From Promethearchaeota archaeon (GTDB lineage Archaea > Asgardarchaeota > Lokiarchaeia > Sigyniarchaeales > SOKP01): a DNA stretch of 64,000 bases. Position numbers and translations under genes: made by a program. The notes below the pieces were generated by a model that saw only the letters and a program-made list of their open reading frames with translations, ran no database searches and was not told the origin of the DNA. The stretch is from positions 15,543 to 79,542 of the forward strand of contig JBHLMQ010000013.1 in the NCBI GenBank assembly GCA_048938005.1. The letters are read 5' to 3'. This document shows positions 49,372-59,404 of this stretch, piece after piece; within the stretch, counting starts at the first letter, position 1; each line of letters begins with the position of its first letter.

Positions 49372-50577
49372 TTATGGGAGTTGTCTTTTTTTAGAATTTT
49401 TACTTTTTTTACTTTTTGAAGTTTCTTTACCTTCTTTTATTCTGGTTATATATTTGTCTGCAACTACAGGTTCGGATTCTTTAGGTAATAATTTCCTCAT
49501 CCATTCAGGAAAAGCTGTGGTAATTTGTAAATTTGTTTTTAAAACAATATAAGTTTCCCCGTTATAATTTAATTCTTCAATAACATCATAGGTTTTTAAG
49601 AAATCTATATTTTCCATTAAAGAATCTAGAGATTTCTTTGACACTAATTTAGGTAATTTATCTTTTGAAATTAGTCCATTTCTTAATTCTGAAAGAACAT
49701 TATATTTCTTTGGATCCGCCATTATTTGAAATAATGTAAAAGCATCTTCTTTAATTTCTTCTGTAGTTTTTTTCTCATATTCACTATAATATTCTTGAAC
49801 TTTAGGAAGGAGTAACTCTATAAGTTCTGGTCTATCATCAATATACTCAATGACACTATCGGGTGGTATTCTTTCAGCATTTACTTCTTTTACTAGAAGT
49901 ACATACTTCTCAACTAAACCTATTTGATTTATAAAAATAAATTGTCGTTCATCTAAAGTTTCAATAATTTCATTGAAATCTTTTTCAGGGAAATTTCCAA
50001 TAAACCATTCTCTTAGCCCTTCTAACGAAATAGGGCCTTCTGATAATTTTTCTAAGGTTTTAAATATATGTCTATCATTTAATAAAATAGCAATTTTCTC
50101 TTCTTCAGTTTTTTCTCTTGTGTCTTCGATAATTGCCCAATATAAATTATTTACCCATGCTTTAATTAAAGATTCATTTTTAATAATGCTCTCTTGATCA
50201 TCATCGTCAAAATTGTTAATATCCTTTATATAAAATGCTGTAAAAATCTCTTCATTCGATTGCAATTGTTCTGAAAACTCAGCACATAAAATTGAGATTT
50301 TCTCTTCAATTTCAGGAGGAATCTGCTGGTCAAGAATTGTTGAAACCATCAACATTTCTTTATTTCCCCGAGCCCAATCAGAATGAATCTCAAAGTAATA
50401 ATTCATTGATTTTAGATTTTCAAATGAATGTGTAAAAAAACCCTCACTAAATTGTTGATCCATGATATTAGCTATTTTACCTGATAATTCATTATCTAAC
50501 ATATTCTTTGGATAAGAATAAAACACTAAAGGACCAATTTTGCGATGAAAATATGATAAGGCAACGATAGTCTTCAA
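49372..50577 (-). CDS. Longin/uDENN-like N-terminal domain protein with wHTH-like C-terminal repeats
   Basis: SYFHRKIGPLVFYSYP, then YYFEIHSDWARG, resembling the F..xxGP...ARG pattern of uDENN/longin. Confidence 0.6.
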   Translation of the reverse strand: MKTIVALSYFHRKIGPLVFYSYPKNMLDNELSGKIANIMDQQFSEGFFTHSFENLKSMNYYFEIHSDWARGNKEMLMVSTILDQQIPPEIEEKISILCAEFSEQLQSNEEIFTAFYIKDINNFDDDDQESIIKNESLIKAWVNNLYWAIIEDTREKTEEEKIAILLNDRHIFKTLEKLSEGPISLEGLREWFIGNFPEKDFNEIIETLDERQFIFINQIGLVEKYVLLVKEVNAERIPPDSVIEYIDDRPELIELLLPKVQEYYSEYEKKTTEEIKEDAFTLFQIMADPKKYNVLSELRNGLISKDKLPKLVSKKSLDSLMENIDFLKTYDVIEELNYNGETYIVLKTNLQITTAFPEWMRKLLPKESEPVVADKYITRIKEGKETSKSKKSKNSKKRQLP

Positions 50578-50774
50578 TTAATGAATCTCCATAGCGGCTT
50601 ATTTATTAAATAACAAGAATAGCTAATATTTATCTGTTTAACTTAAAATAAATTAATATTAAAGATTATATATTATTAAAGATAAATAAATTTATCTTAA
50701 CTTAACCTCTAATATCCTAGGATAATTATTATAAGCTATCAACTTTCATTATTATTATAAATTTAAGATAATAG

Positions 50775-51530
50775 TTGAATATGACAATGTGTCCAATAAA
50801 ATTAGTTGGATTTGATTTAGATGATTGTTTATTTGACTCTACAGGATTATCTGAGAGAGCTAGAATTAAAGGGATTGATGCGATGATTAACTTAGGCTTA
50901 ATAATAGAAAGAGAGAAAGCAATTCGGATAATAAAAGAAATAGTGGAAGAATATGGTTCAAATTCTTCAAAACATTATAATTATTTCCTTCGAAGATTGA
51001 ATCAGATGGATGAAAACATAGAATTTATATCTTATAACGACCGATTTAAATATATCGCTGCTGCAGTTATGGCATATCATGAAGAGAAAGTAAATTCAAT
51101 AGAATTATATGATGATGTTGCAGAATGCTTAAAGAAATTAAATGCCCTCTCTATAAAAACAGTAATTATAACCGATGGAATCCCTATAAAACAATATGAA
51201 AAGATATTAAGACTTAAAATTGATGAAACAATAGATTTAGTAGTTATTTCCGATGAAATAGGGATAAAAAAACCTAATCCTGAACTATTTAAATACTGTT
51301 TGAAAAAGTTTGGAGTTAAGGGTAATGAAACAATATACATTGGAGATCGGATTGATAAAGATATAATTCCAGCAAATTTGAATAATATTTATAGTATTTA
51401 TCTTCATAGAGGAGGAAAATATGACATTTATAAAGAGAATTTTAACATCCAAGAAAAATTTAAACCTAATTATGAGATTTCGAATTTAAATGAATTATTT
51501 GATATAATCGACGAGATAAACAATAAATAA
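50775..51530 (+). CDS. HAD-IA hydrolase (archaeal MJ1437-like)
   Basis: FDLDD, ITDG, KKP.P, IGDR..KDI. Confidence 0.9.
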   Translation: MNMTMCPIKLVGFDLDDCLFDSTGLSERARIKGIDAMINLGLIIEREKAIRIIKEIVEEYGSNSSKHYNYFLRRLNQMDENIEFISYNDRFKYIAAAVMAYHEEKVNSIELYDDVAECLKKLNALSIKTVIITDGIPIKQYEKILRLKIDETIDLVVISDEIGIKKPNPELFKYCLKKFGVKGNETIYIGDRIDKDIIPANLNNIYSIYLHRGGKYDIYKENFNIQEKFKPNYEISNLNELFDIIDEINNK

Positions 51531-51549
51531 CTGTATGGTAATATAAGAA

Positions 51550-52368
51550 ATGAGAGTAGCATGTATTCAACCCCAAATTTTTCAAGAAAGAACTAGATGC
51601 TATTTTGAAATTGAGCAAATTTTAAAAAATCTACTAGAAAAACATAATAAATGCGATATAATATGTCTACCTGAAAGGTGGGTTCCATTTTTCAGTAATT
51701 CAATTAAAAATTTTCAGGAAGAAAGAGGAAATGATTATAGTTTTGTAAAGAATTTAGCTAAAGAGTACAATGTAAAATTTTTATCTGGAGGTATTTGGGA
51801 GAAAAGAACTAAAATAAAAAAACCAGCGATAACATGCTATTTTTTTGATGAAAATGGTGAAGAAATCGGCCGGCAAGATAAAATTCACCTTTATGCTTAT
51901 GAACAAGAATATTTTGACCCCAGTAAAGAATTGATGCTATTTAAAATTAACAACTCCTACTATTTTACAATTCTTATTTGTTTCGATATGGCTTTTTTTG
52001 AAACTCCTCGATTAGCAGTGGAAAATGGAGCAGATATTTTATTTTCTCCTACTCAAATAAGGGAGGATGGAATGGAAAATTGGGATATTTATCTAAAAGC
52101 ACGTGCTCTTGAAAATAGAGTGCCAATTGTGGCATCTAACGCTTTAGGAAATTATTTAAAAAGAAAATTTCTTGGGAATAGTAAAATTATTTCTTTTTAT
52201 AAAGGAAATATATCTCCGTCTAAATTAAAAATTGTAGAAGGCCCTACAGGTTCAAGTGGTTTTATTTTTGATGAGATAGATTTAAATTTTCCAAGAAAAT
52301 TAAGAAATATTCGCTTAAAAGAAAAAATTGATAAGAACAAAATAAAAGTTAAAATAATTAATAATTAA
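51550..52368 (+). CDS. Carbon-nitrogen hydrolase (nitrilase family)
   Basis: E-K-C triad: LPE, KIHL, ICFD; ARALEN. Confidence 0.9.
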   Translation: MRVACIQPQIFQERTRCYFEIEQILKNLLEKHNKCDIICLPERWVPFFSNSIKNFQEERGNDYSFVKNLAKEYNVKFLSGGIWEKRTKIKKPAITCYFFDENGEEIGRQDKIHLYAYEQEYFDPSKELMLFKINNSYYFTILICFDMAFFETPRLAVENGADILFSPTQIREDGMENWDIYLKARALENRVPIVASNALGNYLKRKFLGNSKIISFYKGNISPSKLKIVEGPTGSSGFIFDEIDLNFPRKLRNIRLKEKIDKNKIKVKIINN

Positions 52369-52397
52369 AGAAATCAAATATGATCTTGTAAATTGAA

Positions 52398-53354
52398 ATG
52401 AATAGTTCTAAAGAACTCAAAAAAATACTTTTCTGTGGATTAGAAAGTGGTGGAAAAACATCAATCCTATTATTATTAGATAAAAAATTTAGTCTATTAC
52501 CTACAGTTAAACCAACTATAAAAGCAAAAAGGACTTTTTATACAAACTCATTATTGGGAATTACGGTTGTCCGTTGGGATTTAGGGGGTCAAAAAAGTTA
52601 TAGAAAAATATATTTGGGTGATAAAAGTAAATATTTCACCGAAATGCAATCGATTTTTTATGTTATAGATATACAAGCACCTGAAAAATTTGAAGAGGCA
52701 TTGATTTTTCTAAAAGATATTATAAATATCACCTCAGAATCGCCTCCTGATAATTTTCAGTTCTTAATCTTATTACATAAATATGATCCTGATATAAAAA
52801 ATAATAAAAGTATAGTAAAAAATGTAAAGTACTTTGAAAATGAAATCTCATCAATCATTAAAGATGTCAAATTTTCTATCTTTAAGACCTCAATATATGA
52901 TGAACCAAGCTTATTGAAGGCTTTCTCTGATGGTGTTTTTTATGCCACTCACAAATCTAAAATGTTTCAAACCTTATTGAAAGATTATATGGGCAAGACT
53001 TACAGTAGTTCTACACTTCTATTAGATCGAAATGGTTTTATTGTTGCTAGTAGAAGCACAAATGAGGCTTATCAAGAAGTATGTGAAGCTATTGCTCCAA
53101 GGTTAACTAAAGCATTAGAAAAATTAGAGGAATGGGAAATAAATCCAGTTGATATTGTAACAAATGTAGAATTCCCAGAGAAAAAATCAAATTTTCAAAA
53201 AGAAGGAATTATCTTTCTTAGAAAATTAGATATAGGTGATACCAGACTTTATTTGGTTGCCCTCTGTTTAAATAAGAAAGTAAAAATTATGTCCTATGAA
53301 TACTTACCATTATTAGCTGAAAATTTAAAGAATCTATTAGAAAGTTTTGATTAA
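52398..53354 (+). CDS. Small GTPase (Rag/Arf-like) with C-terminal roadblock/longin-like domain
   Basis: G1 GLESGGKTS, PT, G3 WDLGGQ, G4 HKYD, G5 TSI; LLDRNGFIVAS tail. Confidence 0.85.
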   Translation: MNSSKELKKILFCGLESGGKTSILLLLDKKFSLLPTVKPTIKAKRTFYTNSLLGITVVRWDLGGQKSYRKIYLGDKSKYFTEMQSIFYVIDIQAPEKFEEALIFLKDIINITSESPPDNFQFLILLHKYDPDIKNNKSIVKNVKYFENEISSIIKDVKFSIFKTSIYDEPSLLKAFSDGVFYATHKSKMFQTLLKDYMGKTYSSSTLLLDRNGFIVASRSTNEAYQEVCEAIAPRLTKALEKLEEWEINPVDIVTNVEFPEKKSNFQKEGIIFLRKLDIGDTRLYLVALCLNKKVKIMSYEYLPLLAENLKNLLESFD

Positions 53355-53570
53355 CCTTTAACTATAAATTGAAATTCTAACTTAATTTCCATAATTTCAA
53401 TTTGGAGTAATTTCCATATAATATTGCCCAAAAACACTGATTATTTTTATGAATTAGAATTTACCAATAATACCTCACTAAAATATAATTTATTTTTACT
53501 TTCAGTGACCCCTCCGGGGGTGGGGTTTAAATATTTAATTCTAAAATCAATTAAAATAAAGGTTATAAAA

Positions 53571-54761
53571 ATGATTATAAAATCCAATGTTAATAAAAAT
53601 TTTATAGGACCGAAAGCTTTGTTTGACCCAAATTATATCCCACCCCAATTATTGTATCGAAAAAACGAAGAAAAATCTTTATTCTCGATTTTAGACGATT
53701 CTATTTCTGATAAGTTTTGTCTTAATATTTTGTATCAAGGCGTAAGTGGTATTGGGAAAAAGGTAATAGTAAATAAAGTAATTAATGATCTTTTAATTCA
53801 GAATAAAGATCACATCAAAATTAATAAAATTAGTGTAGATTGTAGAGAAAAAAAGCTTGAAGAACTAATATTCTCATTACTAAATGAACTAGATAGCTTT
53901 TCTAATTTTAACTTTGATTTACAATCAATCTTAAATTCAGATATTTCCCACTTATGGAGTACATTTAAATATATTTGTAATAAAATTAATTCTCCTCTAT
54001 TTTTTATATTTAATAACATCGAATATTTAGAGCCTGAAATATTTAATAAATTCTTACAATTTGGTAAGGAAGCCAATATAACTTTAATCTCGACAGTTAA
54101 TAAAACTTTAAGACATGGAACAATAGATTTACTTTCTGAATTTGATTTCAAAAACAGATTAAATTTTTTCACTTATCATGAGCTATATTCTATTCTGAAG
54201 CAAAGAGTTTTATTAAGTTTTTCACACGAAATTGATAATGACTTAATTAGATATATAACAGATTTAATATGTGAGCAATATGTTCCTGTTCCGGGAAAAG
54301 GAATTGAAATTCTTCGAGATATATATCCATTATTAAAAAGTAATAAAGGGGTTAATAATTTTGAGTTATTAGAGATTTGCCATAACGAATTTGATACATT
54401 TCAAATTGCTGATGAATTTAATATAATAAATTATCTTTCTGAAGAAGATATATTAACTGTTTTATTCTTAGACAATCTTTCGAATTATTTTATAAGTAAA
54501 ATGAATTATTATATCTCTTTCAATGAATTACAAGAATTGTACGAAATTTCCTGTGAGACTTTGGAATATGAAAAGAATTTTAATGAATTTTGTCAGTTGA
54601 CCAAAAACCTATTAAATATTGGAATTATAAAGCCCTCAAAAAGAATATTTCGCAACACTGATGCTGATAAGAGGTATACCAATACAAATTATGATTTATT
54701 CTTTATATTATTAAATCCTAAACAAATAAAGGTTATAATTGATACAATTTTTAACCAATGA
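53571..54761 (+). CDS. Divergent Orc1/Cdc6-like AAA+ protein (track start 53424 is probably too early)
   Basis: FDPNYIPPQLLYR..E, GVSGIGKK, F..Y.EL..ILKQR; Walker B degenerate. Confidence 0.75.
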   Translation: MIIKSNVNKNFIGPKALFDPNYIPPQLLYRKNEEKSLFSILDDSISDKFCLNILYQGVSGIGKKVIVNKVINDLLIQNKDHIKINKISVDCREKKLEELIFSLLNELDSFSNFNFDLQSILNSDISHLWSTFKYICNKINSPLFFIFNNIEYLEPEIFNKFLQFGKEANITLISTVNKTLRHGTIDLLSEFDFKNRLNFFTYHELYSILKQRVLLSFSHEIDNDLIRYITDLICEQYVPVPGKGIEILRDIYPLLKSNKGVNNFELLEICHNEFDTFQIADEFNIINYLSEEDILTVLFLDNLSNYFISKMNYYISFNELQELYEISCETLEYEKNFNEFCQLTKNLLNIGIIKPSKRIFRNTDADKRYTNTNYDLFFILLNPKQIKVIIDTIFNQ

Positions 54762-54938
54762 TGTATAATTTTAAGATTTAATTTGAATAATTTCTACTTT
54801 CAATAGTAAAATTCCATTACAAACGATTTCGAAAATAGGAAAATGTCAAACATATTTTTTTAATAGTGTAGGTTATATATTTATAGGTGTAATTACACTA
54901 TTTTTTTATTAAATAAAGAGTAGAAATGGAGGAAAATT

Positions 54939-57900
54939 TTGACTCATATTAAAAAAATTTCCATGACTGGATTTAAATCATTTGGCGATCGGACGGTAAC
55001 TATTAGATTGTCAAGTGGTTTTACGTGTATTGTGGGTCCGAATGGTGCAGGCAAATCTAATATAATAGATGCTTTATGCTTCGCGTTAGGCAGGTTAAGC
55101 AAAAAAACAATGAGAGCAAAAAGTCTGGAAGATCTCATCTTTGCTGGTTCACGAGGAAAAAATCCCTCCCAAAGAGCTTCAGTTACATTATATTTTGATA
55201 ATTCTGAAAATCTTTTTCCAGGAGGAACGGATACTTTTGAAATCACACGTACAATCAAAAAGGGTGGGGGAGGTGGATATAAAATGAATGCAAAAAAAGC
55301 TACCCGCCAACAAATACTTAATGCATTAGCTGCAGCAAATATAGATCCAGACGGAAGTAATCAGTTTGTCCTTCAGGGGAAAATTGTTGAATTGACTCAC
55401 ATGAATGCAGATGATCGAAGAAATTTTATTGAGGAATTAATTGGCCTTCAAAAGTATGATGAAATGAAAGATGCTACATTAAAAGAGTTAGAAAAAGCAG
55501 AAAGAGACTTAGGGCAATTTGAAGCAATCTTCAAGGAAGTTTCTACTCAATTAAAAAAAGTTGAAAAAGAGAAAAATGATGCATTAGCATGGAGGGAATT
55601 GGATGACCAAATAAATTTTTTGAATTCACAGCTGATTGCATTAAAAATCTCAAAATTACGAGAAGAAGAAGATGAATTGGAAAGAAAAATTGAGAATTCT
55701 TTAAAAATCATTGAAGAATTGCAAGAAAAAGTAAAACGACAAGAAGATATTTTAAATCAAGAATCGCTTGTTATGGATAATATTCAAAAAACCATTACTG
55801 AGAAAGAAAAGGAAAGAGAGGCGATAACCGAAAATATTACTCAGATAAAGACACAAATATCTTCGAGTCAAACAACATTAGACTTAGCTAAAAAATCAAT
55901 TGAAAAATTGACTAAAGAAATTGAAACTTTAGAAAGTAAACAAATGAAACTTGAAGAAGAACAAACATTTGATTCATTAATAGAAAATTTATCAAATGCA
56001 ATTTTAGAAAACGAAAATCATATTGAAGAAGCTAAGAAAGAAATTGAAAAAAGACAACAAAACCAAGCTCAATTAGACGCTAAAATTAATAATACCGAAG
56101 ATGAAAAATCTCTTTTTAAAGCAGAAATTTCCAAAATACAACAAGGTATTTCATCTAATAACGCTCAAATTAAGATGCTTGGAGGAAATATAAAAAAAAA
56201 TGAAGAAAAGAAGGAAAAATTAGAAAATGAGCTACAGAAATTAAAAAGAGATGCTGAAAGCATCGATGAAGCCATAGCAGCAACTAAAAAGGAAGAATCG
56301 GAAATTAGAAAACGAATAAATGGCTTAAATACTAAAATATCAAAAGAAAATCAAAATCAAAAAGATTTAGAAAATAATATAAATGAAATTCAAACACAAA
56401 AAAATCAATTGAACTCTAAATTAGCAGATTTTCAAGCTTCCCTATCATCATTAAACACTGAAATTAAGATGAATCAAGGCAATATTCAGGAACAGAATGA
56501 AAAGAAAACTTCTATCGAGAAAAAGATTGCAGATTTAAGTAAAGGAAGAGACGCCGAAAAAGCTGTAAGAGAATTACTAAAAGAATATGAGAATCTTAAA
56601 AAAGATTTAAGTAAATTTAGGGAGAAATTTAAGCAAGAAAATTCAATTTATAGGAAAAATGAGCAAGATCTTGAATTAATTAAAATGAAGAAGGATTCCT
56701 ATGAATCTGAAATTAATGATAACAAAGCAAAAATTGATAACATTAATACAGAACTAAAAATTCTTACAAAAGAATTAACAAAATTAGATCGAGAGAAAAA
56801 TAATTCAGAATTGCAAGCTAACGCAATAAATAAAAATCTTACAAATATCATAAGTGAATCACAAAAACTTGATTACAAAAAAGAAAATGTTCAAAAGCGT
56901 TTAGAAGACCTTTTAAAAGAAAAAGATAGTCTCACTAAAAAGATAGAGTCTTCTGAAGAAGAATACGACAAGAACACGAAAGATATAACAGGAATTCTCC
57001 AAATATTGAATATGCTCACCCAGAATATTAACATCTCAGTTGAATCTATTAAGAGTAATATACAACAATCGAATGCAGAAGCAATCGAAACCTCTGCAGA
57101 AGATTTCAAACAATTCATTTTAGATATCATTGATATTATGAAAACAGTCGAGGGTATTGGAGCTGATGAAGAAAAACATGCTGAAATGACAGAAATGATT
57201 AACTCTATTATGCAAACTTTAAAAATGTTTACAGATAACGCTGATGATACAATTAATCAATTAATCGATAAAGTAAAGGAATCCGCTGACGTGGAGGTAC
57301 AGACTTCAACAGCAACATTTGATAGTTTTGTTCAAGATCTAATGGAGATTCTTGAAAATGTATATCTCTCTTTAAGAAAATTAACTATGTCTAAAAGTCA
57401 AGAATTATATAAACAATTGGAAGAGATTTCAGAAAGTATTAAATCTCAGACGGACGATTTTAACATAATTGAGAAACAATTAACTGAAAGTAATATTCAA
57501 GAAAAACATTATTCTGAAAATCTATCAACTTATAATAAAAGACTTGAAGAAATCAATAAAAGAAATACCGAATTGAATGAGAGAATTAAGAAAGGAGAAA
57601 TGGAAATTAATGAAAGAGAGGAAATCATTAATACAAGACAAACGGAAGTTAACACCTTGGATAGTGAGATTAATAAATTAAAAGAACTTAAGGATGCGTA
57701 TTGGGAGAATATTTCTAAAATCCAAGATGATATCGATAACAAACAAAAAGAATTAGAAAATCTGAGAGAAAAAATACAAGAATTACATGGAATTCAAAAT
57801 TTATTCGACAATATCACAGAAATTGATGACAATATAGAAAAATTGAACAATTTAATTGAAGAAAAGAAAACTATAATTATAAAAACAGAAGAAAACATTA

Positions 57901-59390
57901 AAAATATTCAAGGTGAACAAAATTTATTACAAAAAAATATTGATGAGCTTGTTTTACAGAAAGAAAATTTCTGGGAAATAACGGAGGATTTACGAAAACA
58001 AATAGATAATGAAAATAAAACACTTGAAGATACAATGGATCGTCTAAGAGCACTTGAAAATGTAATGAGGATTATTAATTCTATAGAAGATATTAAAAAA
58101 GAGAACACGGACGCGAATAATAAAATTGAAACTTGTTTAAATGATATAGAAAAATTAAATTCTCAAGTTGAGGAAATTCAAAAAAATGTGGATCAAAAAC
58201 AACAGGTAATAGATTCTCTGAGGAATGAAAAAACTGAAGAGTTAGAATCACAAAAAGGAGCTCAAAAAAGATTAAATAAATTGAACAAAGACTTACAGAA
58301 ATCTCAAGGAAAATTAAATGAGTTGAATAAAAATAAAGAAAGAGAACAAAAGATCATAGGGCTAGGTCAAGATATTAAAGATACTGAAGAACAAATAGAA
58401 TCAATAATAAAAGAATTAGAACGCTTCAAAAAAGATTTAAATAATGAAAATGTGAAGAAAAACGAAAAACAAAACGAGATTGATAAATTTATCCAAGAAA
58501 AGGACGATTCATGGAAAAAACAAAAGCAATATCAGAAAATTATAACAGATTTAAAATCAGATTTATCAATGGAAAACTCTAAAGTAAACAATTTTGAATC
58601 AAAAAAAATAATGTGTATTGACCAAATTGAAACTTTATTTCAACGTTCTAAAGAATTTGGTTCATTACCTCCTGTAACTGATGATCTATCAGAAACAGAA
58701 TTACAATCAGATATCACAGAAGCGACACAAAAGAAAAAAGCTTTAGAACCTGTGAACTTAAAAGCAATTGAACAATATGATGCCGTAAAAGAAAGATTTG
58801 ATGAGATAGATATGAGACGACAAACAATTCAAAGAGAAAGAAAATCTATTTTAGATGCAATTGATAAAATTGAGTTAGAAAAAACACGAACTTTCATGAA
58901 AGCTTATCATGAAATTAATCGAGAATTCTCTCGTATATTTCAGAAATTATCCCCTGGAGGTTCAGCTAAAATGATACTAGATCGCCCAGATAAACCTTTT
59001 GAGGGAGGTATAAGTATTGAAGCAAGACCAAGAGGCAAAAAAATTAGTTCATTGGAAATTCTAAGTGGAGGCGAAAAAACATTAGTAGCGCTATCTTTTA
59101 TTTTTGCTGTTCAAGAATTTTATCCCGCCCCATTTTATGTAATGGACGAAATTGATGCTGCTTTAGATGGTCCGAATGTACATCGTGTTTCAATGATAAT
59201 TAAGGAATTTGCTTCTCAAGCCCAATTTATGGTGATAAGCCATAGAGAAGAAAATATAGTCAACGCTGACAGGATCTATGGAGTGTCAATGCAACAAAGT
59301 GGAATAACTGATATTTTTAGCGTTGATTTGGAAGAAGAGGCTAAAAGACTTCTTGAACTAGAAGATATCGAACCAACTATTACAGAGTGA
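54939..59390 (+). CDS. smc: Chromosome segregation protein SMC (long, atypical centre)
   Basis: GFKSF, GPNGAGKSN, VLQG, PVNLKAI, LSGGEK, VMDEIDAALD, ISH; followed by scpA and scpB. Confidence 0.95.
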   Translation: MTHIKKISMTGFKSFGDRTVTIRLSSGFTCIVGPNGAGKSNIIDALCFALGRLSKKTMRAKSLEDLIFAGSRGKNPSQRASVTLYFDNSENLFPGGTDTFEITRTIKKGGGGGYKMNAKKATRQQILNALAAANIDPDGSNQFVLQGKIVELTHMNADDRRNFIEELIGLQKYDEMKDATLKELEKAERDLGQFEAIFKEVSTQLKKVEKEKNDALAWRELDDQINFLNSQLIALKISKLREEEDELERKIENSLKIIEELQEKVKRQEDILNQESLVMDNIQKTITEKEKEREAITENITQIKTQISSSQTTLDLAKKSIEKLTKEIETLESKQMKLEEEQTFDSLIENLSNAILENENHIEEAKKEIEKRQQNQAQLDAKINNTEDEKSLFKAEISKIQQGISSNNAQIKMLGGNIKKNEEKKEKLENELQKLKRDAESIDEAIAATKKEESEIRKRINGLNTKISKENQNQKDLENNINEIQTQKNQLNSKLADFQASLSSLNTEIKMNQGNIQEQNEKKTSIEKKIADLSKGRDAEKAVRELLKEYENLKKDLSKFREKFKQENSIYRKNEQDLELIKMKKDSYESEINDNKAKIDNINTELKILTKELTKLDREKNNSELQANAINKNLTNIISESQKLDYKKENVQKRLEDLLKEKDSLTKKIESSEEEYDKNTKDITGILQILNMLTQNINISVESIKSNIQQSNAEAIETSAEDFKQFILDIIDIMKTVEGIGADEEKHAEMTEMINSIMQTLKMFTDNADDTINQLIDKVKESADVEVQTSTATFDSFVQDLMEILENVYLSLRKLTMSKSQELYKQLEEISESIKSQTDDFNIIEKQLTESNIQEKHYSENLSTYNKRLEEINKRNTELNERIKKGEMEINEREEIINTRQTEVNTLDSEINKLKELKDAYWENISKIQDDIDNKQKELENLREKIQELHGIQNLFDNITEIDDNIEKLNNLIEEKKTIIIKTEENIKNIQGEQNLLQKNIDELVLQKENFWEITEDLRKQIDNENKTLEDTMDRLRALENVMRIINSIEDIKKENTDANNKIETCLNDIEKLNSQVEEIQKNVDQKQQVIDSLRNEKTEELESQKGAQKRLNKLNKDLQKSQGKLNELNKNKEREQKIIGLGQDIKDTEEQIESIIKELERFKKDLNNENVKKNEKQNEIDKFIQEKDDSWKKQKQYQKIITDLKSDLSMENSKVNNFESKKIMCIDQIETLFQRSKEFGSLPPVTDDLSETELQSDITEATQKKKALEPVNLKAIEQYDAVKERFDEIDMRRQTIQRERKSILDAIDKIELEKTRTFMKAYHEINREFSRIFQKLSPGGSAKMILDRPDKPFEGGISIEARPRGKKISSLEILSGGEKTLVALSFIFAVQEFYPAPFYVMDEIDAALDGPNVHRVSMIIKEFASQAQFMVISHREENIVNADRIYGVSMQQSGITDIFSVDLEEEAKRLLELEDIEPTITE

Positions 59391-59404
59391 GATGGTGAGC
59401 AAAA

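Noticed and set aside
53380-53530. Definite replication origin (oriC) upstream of the cdc6-like gene
   Set aside because: Only weak TTCCA-like half matches and one G-string, with no clear paired ORBs. Kept only as a low-confidence note in the findings.
53424-53570. 49-aa N-terminal extension of the Cdc6-like ORF from TTG 53424
   Set aside because: It overlaps promoter-like sequence, and Cdc6 similarity begins after ATG 53571.
55600-58700. Low-complexity GAA/AAA periodicity in smc as a DNA repeat
   Set aside because: Explained by Glu/Lys-rich coiled-coil coding.
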